64,000 nucleotides of DNA. It comes from Clostridia bacterium. Its GTDB lineage: Bacteria; Bacillota; Clostridia; Oscillospirales; CAG-272. Location of the stretch: the NCBI GenBank assembly GCA_017631325.1, contig JAGBTM010000025.1, forward strand, positions 2,620-66,619. The letters run 5' to 3'. Both the position numbers and the translations under genes were made by a program. Below the pieces are notes generated by a model. That model made no database searches. It was not told where the DNA came from and worked only from the letters and a program-made list of their open reading frames with translations. This document shows positions 1 through 6,555 of the stretch, in pieces (the first letter of the stretch is position 1; every line of letters starts with the position of its first letter).

Positions 1-2
1 TA

Positions 3-398
3 AAAAATGGAAAACAAAAACAAAAGAATTTCAATAGAGACTACGGAAATCAGAATGGTAGGTTCGGAGCTTTCGAGCCTCTTAGGTATGTTTTTGTTTT
101 ATGCATTTACAACCACTTTGGCTACTGTGTTCTCTCTGTACAGGTTGAGAGTGGAACGCAGGACGGTGAGCTTAAAAACAAGAAGTATTATATCTGCTCG
201 AAGAAGATATACTCAAAGCGTTTCTCAACCGACTGCTTCTCTGATTACTTTGCGAAAAAGGCAATACGCTCGAGCGTGGGCCTTGACGACCTCGCGGAGT
301 ATAAGGACGTTAAAGCGAGCTTCGACGAGTTGAAGCAGCAGAACACTTGCTTTATCAACGACCTTGTATATAAGCAAGAAAAGGATAGAAAAGAGTAA
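3..398 (+). CDS. 3' end of a CDS entering from the left window edge; possibly the C-terminal tail of a large serine recombinase (weak)
   Basis: Frame 3 is open from the first bases to TAA 396-398 with no in-window start, so it is absent from the ORF track. Translation ...DGELKNKKYYICSKKIYSKRFSTDCFSDYFAKK...DELKQQNTCFINDLVYKQEKDRKE* looks protein-like, whereas overlapping track ORF 7-333 is R/S/T-rich. The KKYYICS...C stretch recalls the recombinase zinc beta-ribbon. Called by eye only. Confidence 0.35.
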   Translation, partial: KNGKQKQKNFNRDYGNQNGRFGAFEPLRYVFVLCIYNHFGYCVLSVQVESGTQDGELKNKKYYICSKKIYSKRFSTDCFSDYFAKKAIRSSVGLDDLAEYKDVKASFDELKQQNTCFINDLVYKQEKDRKE

Positions 399-411
399 AG
401 GAGGTGAGAAC

Positions 412-602
412 ATGGCAACTTATATGTATTTTCCAAACAGAAATATAAGCGTTTACGCGAGGGAAAGATAATTCCTATTCCTACGACACAGACGGAAGGA
501 TTTGAGCTATGGAGTGGGTATGAAGATTCTCGTTATGTAACAGCAAGTAAACTCAAATGGAACGAGGTTAAAAATATGAAAATAAAGAAAAAGGCGCGAT
601 AA
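412..602 (+). pseudogene. Disrupted small gene: RBS+ATG opens only 19 codons, and the long open frame (408-602) is in the -1 frame with no start
   Basis: AGGAGGTGA-n5-ATG at 412 stops at TAA 469-471. Frame 3 reads ...KQKYKRLREGKIIPIPTTQTEGFELWSGYEDSRYVTASKLKWNEVKNMKIKKKAR* to TAA 600-602 with no ATG/GTG/TTG near its 5' end. Confidence 0.3.
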
Positions 603-614
603 CGCGCCTTTTTT
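593..614 (+). terminator. Rho-independent terminator
   Basis: GGCGCG-ATAA-CGCGCC hairpin followed by TTTTTT. Confidence 0.75.
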
Positions 615-751
615 GAATAGACAGTTGGGCTTGCCTTAGGTCCACGCAATTTTATATGTGCTGCTACACTTCGACCATTTCCAACGCAAGGTTACCTATC
701 ACTATTATCATTATATCTGATTATTGATAAAAAGTCAATAGTTTACTCTAA

Positions 752-778
752 ACTCGCAGTAAAATCTGCGAGTTTTTT
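752..778 (+). terminator. Rho-independent terminator with no obvious upstream gene
   Basis: ACTCGCAG-TAAAAT-CTGCGAGT hairpin followed by TTTTT. Only a 23-codon ORF lies upstream. Confidence 0.6.
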
Positions 779-853
779 AAATGTAAATGCAACGTATCCC
801 GGCATTAAGAAAGAAAAGAAAGAGTAAAGGGGGTGAGAGAGTGAGGTCATCCG

Positions 854-1090
854 GTGTGGGTATACCGAAAGCGCGGTCGTTTCTTTAAGTATCTGACGTT
901 TACACATACCCCGGAGAACGAAAACGATTACGAGAAGCTGCGTTATAACATCGATCCTGATGACAAATCGGATTGTTACGTTAAATTTGTTTTAGATATA
1001 ATTTGGGCTACTGTGAAGGTTGTCTTGAGCTTTGCATTTACAGTTTTAATATTTCCATTTAAGATATTAAAGAGTCTTTTTGCAAAATAA
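854..1090 (+). CDS. Hypothetical small protein (78 aa) with a C-terminal hydrophobic helix
   Basis: GTG start 7 nt after GAGG (843-846). C-terminal IIWATVKVVLSFAFTVLIFPF looks like a TM segment. No recognisable family. Confidence 0.4.
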   Translation: MWVYRKRGRFFKYLTFTHTPENENDYEKLRYNIDPDDKSDCYVKFVLDIIWATVKVVLSFAFTVLIFPFKILKSLFAK

Positions 1091-1114
1091 AAAAGAGCAT
1101 TACTGCTCTTCTTT
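1091..1114. terminator. Hairpin between convergent small genes (possibly bidirectional terminator)
   Basis: AAGAGCA-TTAC-TGCTCTT, with an A-run on the left and a T-rich run on the right. It overlaps the stop of the 68-aa minus-strand ORF. Confidence 0.45.
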
Positions 1115-1306
1115 ATCGTCTTTTTTTCGAGACTTTATGTATTTTCTTATTTCGTAAAAGATGTAGGCTAAAATAATGCCTAAAATTACACCTAAGCACA
1201 TTGCAAAAATGAATTCATCTCCGTTTTCTTGGAACCATGCGCTTGTACTGTTTATTGTAATTTCGGGTGTATGGTCGCTTCCTGCTAATAACAACCAGTT
1301 AAACAT
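1100..1306 (-). CDS. Small tail-anchored membrane protein (68 aa), translationally coupled to the upstream nuclease-like gene
   Basis: GAGGAG-n6-ATG, with the SD overlapping the stop codon (1317-1319) of the upstream ORF. It has a single C-terminal TM helix (FIFAMCLGVILGIILAYIFY) followed by a charged tail KSRKKDDKEEQ. Confidence 0.6.
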   Translation of the reverse strand: MFNWLLLAGSDHTPEITINSTSAWFQENGDEFIFAMCLGVILGIILAYIFYEIRKYIKSRKKDDKEEQ

Positions 1307-1316
1307 AAAATTCTCC

Positions 1317-2153
1317 TCAATCTTTTCCGTTTATTTGATTTTCTTTTATTTTATCTTTGTTTAATACTTTTGTTTGAAGAGCAAATTTAAGGTTTTTTGA
1401 ATCTTTTGGATACAGACAAATCAATGTAATACCAAGGCGTTCATAGTGCTTCATTTTAAAGGCAGTTTGTTCATCGTATTTTGGCTGTCCTTTCAAACCG
1501 AAGTATTCTATGTATACATCTTTACCTTTGCCTAAATAGTTTTTTAAACAAAAATCAGGTTTTAAAGGTTTTTCTTCATCTATATCGAGCGGAGCTTCAT
1601 AAGCGTGGAAAATTCCTTGTTCGTAAAGCCAGTCATCAATAACTTGTTCAGAAATACTTTTAACAATATGTCCATCTTCACATTCGAAAACACCTTCATA
1701 TGATTCGTCTAAAGGATCTCCTGTGGGAAATTCGCATTTATGGACTTTTAACAACACTACTTTATCTTTGTATTTGCTGTAGCAAGAGTAGCAAAAATGC
1801 TTTCCGTTGGAATTTTCACCGCAAACAATGCATGTGAGATCTGAAATGGAGTCTTCTTTTGGCGGTTGTTTAACTATTGCTTTTTGAGTTTCTTTTTTGC
1901 ATGAGCATTTTTCGCCGTTATGTAACCATTTATCGCAATCCGTACATTTTGTTAGGTTTCCATTTTTAAGCATGGTTGCATGTTTACTACATAGAAGGTC
2001 TTTTCTTGGATTTCCATAATAAATGAAAGTTGGAGCACCACAGATTGGACACTCTAGTGTTTCCGTGTCCATACCTTCGTATTCTTCTTCGTAGTAGCAA
2101 TCTTTGCAAAGTGGGTATTTTTCGCTCCATTTTCCACATATCTCACAATACAT
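1317..2153 (-). CDS. Multi-zinc-ribbon protein with a C-terminal PD-(D/E)xK-like (Vsr/DUF2726-like) nuclease domain
   Basis: ATG at 2153 lies 6 nt after GAGGTG (the track ORF starts at GTG 2162). There are four Cys-rich ribbon units: CEIC..CKDC, CPIC..C, CTDC..CSC and CIVC..CYSC. The C-terminus shows KSISEQVIDDWL...PDF...DVYIEYFGLKG...FKMKHYERLGITLICLY. Domain calls are by eye. Confidence 0.75.
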   Translation of the reverse strand: MYCEICGKWSEKYPLCKDCYYEEEYEGMDTETLECPICGAPTFIYYGNPRKDLLCSKHATMLKNGNLTKCTDCDKWLHNGEKCSCKKETQKAIVKQPPKEDSISDLTCIVCGENSNGKHFCYSCYSKYKDKVVLLKVHKCEFPTGDPLDESYEGVFECEDGHIVKSISEQVIDDWLYEQGIFHAYEAPLDIDEEKPLKPDFCLKNYLGKGKDVYIEYFGLKGQPKYDEQTAFKMKHYERLGITLICLYPKDSKNLKFALQTKVLNKDKIKENQINGKD

Positions 2154-2180
2154 AAAAATCACCTCACAAATTTTAAACTA

Positions 2181-2209
2181 ATTATACACCCGGGCGAGAT
2201 ATTTGTCAA
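2181..2209 (-). promoter_or_regulatory. Consensus sigma-A promoter for the nuclease-like gene
   Basis: On the minus strand: TTGACA (2204-2209), 17-nt spacer, TATAAT (2181-2186). Confidence 0.6.
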
Positions 2210-2214
2210 GGGAT

Positions 2215-2244
2215 ATAATAAAAACCACCCCTTTCGGAGTGGTG
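2215..2244 (-). terminator. Intrinsic terminator ending the candidate small RNA
   Basis: Minus strand reads CCACUCC-GAAA-GGGGUGG followed by UUUUUAUUAU. Confidence 0.7.
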
Positions 2245-2330
2245 TTTGAGAAGTCTCGCCCTAAAAGCCAAAGCGTCTTCTCTGTCGCCGCGGAGATCCC
2301 GGCGCTGCCCAGTTACATAGGGCTAACGGC
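2217..2330 (-). ncRNA. Candidate ~115-nt structured small RNA or leader of unknown family
   Basis: It is bracketed by a consensus promoter (2337-2365) and an intrinsic terminator (2215-2244) and has no plausible ORF. Predicted elements are a bulged GC hairpin CGCCGGG-AUCU-CC(G)CGGCG, and two mutually exclusive helices: GCCCUA/UAGGGC versus GAGAAG(A)CGC/GCG(AGA)CUUCUC. Confidence 0.45.
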
Positions 2331-2336
2331 AAATAT

Positions 2337-2365
2337 ATTATAACATAGGAGATATGCAATGTCAA
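2337..2365 (-). promoter_or_regulatory. Consensus sigma-A promoter driving the candidate small RNA
   Basis: On the minus strand: TTGACA (2360-2365), 17-nt spacer, TATAAT (2337-2342). A G at about 2330 sits at the expected TSS distance. Confidence 0.6.
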
Positions 2366-2482
2366 GTGTTAATTGCAGCCTAAAACATAAGGTATAAATA
2401 GCCAAATAAGTGCAAAAAGCATAAACTGTTAGGGAGCATTTTGCTCGCAATTTAAGGATTATAAAAAGGAAGGGGCTTCGAC

Positions 2483-2704
2483 ATGAACACGATAACGGTA
2501 ACCGTCGGCTCCGTAACCTATGCGATAAAGGCAAGAAAAATTCTTGCACGCATGGGAATTAAGTCTAAGCTAGTAAAGGCAAACAACACCGAGACAGCTC
2601 CCGGGTGTACTCACGGTATAGAGATATCGGAGGAGCATTTATACACTCTTATTTCCGCCCTTAAGGAGCGCGGTATAAATTACAACGTAGTACCGAGGAA
2701 ATAG
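2483..2704 (+). CDS. DUF3343-like small protein (putative S/Se carrier-like)
   Basis: 73 aa; VTVGSVTYAIKARKILARMGIKSKLVK...GCTHGIEI. It sits directly upstream of a class-V aminotransferase, which is the usual pairing. Confidence 0.65.
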   Translation: MNTITVTVGSVTYAIKARKILARMGIKSKLVKANNTETAPGCTHGIEISEEHLYTLISALKERGINYNVVPRK

Positions 2705-2705
2705 T

Positions 2706-3818
2706 ATGATTTATTTCGATAACGCTGCAACAACCTACAAAAAGCCAAAAAGCGTTCTCAGGGCTCTCAATTATTGCCTAAAAAAATGCGGTGGGAATCC
2801 CGGCAGGAGCTCGCACGCACTATCCGAGCGCGCAGGCGAGATTATATACGACACGCGCGAGAGGGTTGCAGAGCTTCTCTCAATTGACGCTCCGGAAAGG
2901 GTCGTTTTTACCTACAACGCAACGCACGCAATTAATCTCGCGATAAAGTCCTTCGTAACTGAAAAATGTCACCTTATATGCTCGGATATCGAGCATAATT
3001 CTGTTATTAGGCCTCTTGAAAAGCTAAAAAAAGAGCTATCGATTGAATACTCGACCTTTGACAGCAATTTAAATCCCGAAAAGGCAATTTCCCCATTGAT
3101 ACGCGAGGACACAAAAGGAATTATATCTACGCTCGCTTCCAACGTTACGGGAAAAAGAATTGACATCGGGGCGCTCTATAAAATTGCAAAGGAACATGGA
3201 TTATTTTTAATAGTTGACGCCTCTCAGGCAATAGGTCACACCGAGATAGATTTATCAACCACCCCCTGCGACGTGCTGTGTGCTCCGGGGCATAAGGCTC
3301 TGTTTGGCATACAAGGGGTTGGCTTTGCGGTTTTTCGCGATATCGAAAGAAAAGAAACACTCTACGAGGGTGGCAGCGGGTATGACAGCACGAACACCGA
3401 GATGCCCGCTCTCTTGCCCGAGGGATACGAGGCCGGTACACCCGCCACGCCTGCAATAGCGGCGCTGGGTGGCGGTATTGATTTTATAAAGCGAGTTGGC
3501 ATAGACGCGATAGAAAGAAAAATTGAGCTGATGACAGAAGCGCTGATTTCGCGTATCGGAAGCGTGAGGGACACTATTCTCTACCCCTCGGCATTTGGCA
3601 CGGTTGGATTTAATATCAAAAATCTGCCCTCATCGTATACGGGCGGCGTTCTCTCGTCAAACGGCATTTGTGCAAGAGGGGGGCTACACTGCGCTCCCTC
3701 GGTGCATAAAAAGCTCGGAACGCTTGAGTGCGGTATAGTTCGCCTTTCACTCTCATATTTCAACACCATGCGTGAAATTGACGACTTCTACAAAATTCTA
3801 AAGAGTATCAACTTTTAA
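2706..3818 (+). CDS. Cysteine desulfurase / class-V aminotransferase
   Basis: 370 aa; N-terminus IYFDNAATT, PLP-lysine context CAPGHKALFG, and C-terminal GGLHCAP. Confidence 0.85.
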   Translation: MIYFDNAATTYKKPKSVLRALNYCLKKCGGNPGRSSHALSERAGEIIYDTRERVAELLSIDAPERVVFTYNATHAINLAIKSFVTEKCHLICSDIEHNSVIRPLEKLKKELSIEYSTFDSNLNPEKAISPLIREDTKGIISTLASNVTGKRIDIGALYKIAKEHGLFLIVDASQAIGHTEIDLSTTPCDVLCAPGHKALFGIQGVGFAVFRDIERKETLYEGGSGYDSTNTEMPALLPEGYEAGTPATPAIAALGGGIDFIKRVGIDAIERKIELMTEALISRIGSVRDTILYPSAFGTVGFNIKNLPSSYTGGVLSSNGICARGGLHCAPSVHKKLGTLECGIVRLSLSYFNTMREIDDFYKILKSINF

Positions 3819-3871
3819 GGTGATAACGGTGCGCTAAATCGGTGCAAGGCACAACCCTTGAAAAAGAGTGC

Positions 3872-3907
3872 AAAAAAGAAGCACGAACATCGTTCGTGCT
3901 TCTTTTT
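3872..3907. terminator. Bidirectional rho-independent terminator
   Basis: GAAGCACGAAC-ATC-GTTCGTGCTTC, flanked by an A-run and a T-run, between convergent genes. Confidence 0.8.
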
Positions 3908-4032
3908 GTTTAGATGAAATTCGCCACTTAGCATACACGTGGGTTGCGCTTATATCTTATACCGATTTCTTCTTGATAAGCTGTGAAAATTTCTCGGTAT
4001 TTAAAACGCTTTAAAGACGATTTCAGAAAAAA

Positions 4033-4578
4033 TCATTCTTGCACCTTTTGGTCTTTGGTAAAGCGGGCAGCATTTTTGTTTATGTATTTTTTAATTTCAT
4101 TTTCCGCAACGCGCTTGTACCTTGCGAATGCACGTCCGTCGCAATCAACTACGATATGCGCCCATTTTTTATAAAGCGGCTCGCGCTCGGAAAACAGGTC
4201 CTCTATGGTCTGTCCTTCCTTTAAAACAACGCCCCTTTTCGAATAATCGCCAATTCTTTCAAGGGTCGTCTTTGGTCCTGTGTAAAGGTATACGACAACT
4301 CCTCTGTCAGAGCATTTTTGCATAAAGCTTTCATAGTACACAGCGCTTCCGCCGGGGCTAAGTATTACGTCGTCGTCCTCTATCGAAAGGAGCGTTTGCT
4401 CTTCAATCTTCTTAAAGCCCTCTAGTCCCTCGCGAGAGATAATCTCGTGAAGAGGAAGTCCGTAGCGCTGCTCTATGAATTTGTCACCGTCAATTACACG
4501 CATTCCAAGTTTCTTTGAAAGCGAGCGTCCCATACACGTTTTGCCCGAACCGGGCATTCCAATTAAAGTAATAATCAT
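4033..4578 (-). CDS. aroK: Shikimate kinase
   Basis: 181 aa; P-loop LIGMPGSGKT, then DGDKFIEQ and EGFKKIEEQ. Confidence 0.8.
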   Translation of the reverse strand: MIITLIGMPGSGKTCMGRSLSKKLGMRVIDGDKFIEQRYGLPLHEIISREGLEGFKKIEEQTLLSIEDDDVILSPGGSAVYYESFMQKCSDRGVVVYLYTGPKTTLERIGDYSKRGVVLKEGQTIEDLFSEREPLYKKWAHIVVDCDGRAFARYKRVAENEIKKYINKNAARFTKDQKVQE

Positions 4579-6494
4579 TTCAGTTCCTCAAAGTGTAAGC
4601 TGTCCTCACGGCTCAAGACAAAAACGTCTGCCGAATATGGCGAGAGCGTATGAGCCGAAAATGTTTTTCCGTTTATAAGTGATTTGAGTTTTCCCTTGGC
4701 GGAAATTCTTATATCCGCTAAAGAATTATTATATACCGTGACATAAGCCGACCGAGAGGAATATCTCAAAAAGGCCAGCATTTTATCCGTCAGGCAAAGC
4801 AACGAAAAGGCACCGAAGGTGTAAGCCTCAGAATGTTCGGTTCGTATTCTGCCTAGTTTTTTATAGTGAGAAATGAGTTTTTTATTCTCTTTTCCCCAAG
4901 GATATGGCATTCTGTTGAAAGGGTCTCCGCACCCCTCAAGCCCCGCCTCGTCGCCGTAGAAAACCGTAGGTATACCGGGAAGTGTTGCGAGGACTGTGTA
5001 GGCCGAAATTAACTTTTTGGTCGCTTCCTTTCTCTCGGTGCCGTTAAGTCGCAGTTCCACCAGCTCGGAGTTTTTGCGCCCCTCGAAATTCACGCCCGAA
5101 AGTACGGTAAGTATTCTAGGTGTATCGTGTGTGCCAAGCAGGTTCATCTGTGCGTGCATAACGCGGTCGGGAGCGTTAACCGTGACCTCCTTGAGCGCAT
5201 ACTCAAGCTTCTCTTTGCCACGGCCCGTGAAGTAATCAATAATACCGCTTCTTAGGGGATAATTCATTACGCCGTCGAGCTGATTTCCGAGGTAGTAGTG
5301 CTTACGCTTGCCGTATGCAATTTTATTCGAGGCGTCCTCCCAGACCTCGCCGTAAAGAACCGCCTCGGCGCTCCTTGAGAGTGTTTTTTTGATTTTTGCG
5401 ACGAAGCTGTCCGAGAGCTCGTCAACTACGTCAAGCCTGAGGCCGTATATTCCCATATCGCGATATTTTGAAACAACACCACCCTCGGAGGCGAAAAAGT
5501 CGGCGCACGATGGGTTGTCGGGATTAATTCTCGGCAAAATGTCAATTCCCCACCACGCTGTGTAGTCGTCGGGGTGCTTCTTAAAGTCGTACCACCCGTA
5601 GTACTCAGAGTCGGTAGACTGATAGGCTCCGAGCGTAGAGTATCTTCCGTATTTGTTGAAGTAAACGCTGTCAGAGCCCGTGTGATTAAAAACACCGTCG
5701 AGGATTATCTTAATACCACGCTTATCAGCCTCCTTGATTAACTCCAAGAGTGCTTGGTCGCCACCGAACATCTCGTCAACCGACATATAATCGGCTGTAT
5801 CGTACTTATGGTTTGATACTGAAGAAAAAATTGGACTCAGGTAGATAGCCTTTACGCCAAGCGAGGATATATAATCGAGCTTAGCGATAACGCCATAGAG
5901 CGTTCCTCCGTAGAACGTATTGTTCTTCATCGGAGCTCCGGGATATTCGGGATACTCGGGTATTCTCTCCCACTCGCCCGTAATTAAGCGCGCGCCCTTT
6001 GAGATAGGCACGTCTCCACCTCGGTTAAATCTATCGACGAAAACGTGGTATATAACGCCGCCCAGGATAGCCGAGGGCTGAGTATTGCGAAAATCCGTCA
6101 GGGTAAGCTGAAGGTGTGGCGACGAATAGCTGTCCGCAAAGGATAGCTCATAAATTCTGCCGCGAGAATGCAACACACCGAAGGCACTTTTTATTTCAAT
6201 ACTGAAAAAGTATATACCGACCCGAGAAAGAGTTGACGGGCGAAATTCGTATACGTCAAGCTCACCCTCCATATCCAGCCACTCGCCGTCGCACACCTCA
6301 ACAACATCGGCGCAATTTTCACTGTAAATTATTATTTTTGCAGAAATTACGCCCAAATTTCGTGGCAGAAATGCATTTATAACTATTTTCTCATTAATAT
6401 CGTATGCCGAGGAAATCACGTCCTCGTTCTGATGTATAAACACAACCGAGCCACACTGCGAGCGTTGTGGCGGCGAAATGGTGCTGTATTTCAC
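4575..6494 (-). CDS. GH13 alpha-amylase-family glycosidase (neopullulanase/cyclomaltodextrinase-like)
   Basis: 639 aa; GH13 regions DGVFNHTG, GLRLDVVDEL, GEVWED and LGTHDTPR. GTG start. Confidence 0.85.
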   Translation of the reverse strand: MKYSTISPPQRSQCGSVVFIHQNEDVISSAYDINEKIVINAFLPRNLGVISAKIIIYSENCADVVEVCDGEWLDMEGELDVYEFRPSTLSRVGIYFFSIEIKSAFGVLHSRGRIYELSFADSYSSPHLQLTLTDFRNTQPSAILGGVIYHVFVDRFNRGGDVPISKGARLITGEWERIPEYPEYPGAPMKNNTFYGGTLYGVIAKLDYISSLGVKAIYLSPIFSSVSNHKYDTADYMSVDEMFGGDQALLELIKEADKRGIKIILDGVFNHTGSDSVYFNKYGRYSTLGAYQSTDSEYYGWYDFKKHPDDYTAWWGIDILPRINPDNPSCADFFASEGGVVSKYRDMGIYGLRLDVVDELSDSFVAKIKKTLSRSAEAVLYGEVWEDASNKIAYGKRKHYYLGNQLDGVMNYPLRSGIIDYFTGRGKEKLEYALKEVTVNAPDRVMHAQMNLLGTHDTPRILTVLSGVNFEGRKNSELVELRLNGTERKEATKKLISAYTVLATLPGIPTVFYGDEAGLEGCGDPFNRMPYPWGKENKKLISHYKKLGRIRTEHSEAYTFGAFSLLCLTDKMLAFLRYSSRSAYVTVYNNSLADIRISAKGKLKSLINGKTFSAHTLSPYSADVFVLSREDSLHFEELK

Positions 6495-6555
6495 GAAAAC
6501 CTCTTTTTAAATTATACTTTCAGGCGGGTAAAAATTCCCCGCACTATGCTAAAAA

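Noticed and set aside
7-333. 108-aa track ORF at the left edge (plus minus-strand ORFs 225-413 and 245-436)
   Set aside because: The composition is R/S/T-rich and not protein-like. The alternative frame 3, open to the window edge, gives a far more protein-like translation.
412-471. Programmed -1 ribosomal frameshift joining the 19-codon ORF to the 408-602 frame
   Set aside because: There is no X-XXY-YYZ slippery heptamer in the correct register (AGG GAA AGA is out of phase) and no downstream structure. Mutational decay or a sequencing indel is more parsimonious.
2313-2549. 78-aa minus-strand ORF across the sRNA promoter region
   Set aside because: It spans a promoter and overlaps the DUF3343 gene start on the other strand. 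It has no RBS and an odd composition.
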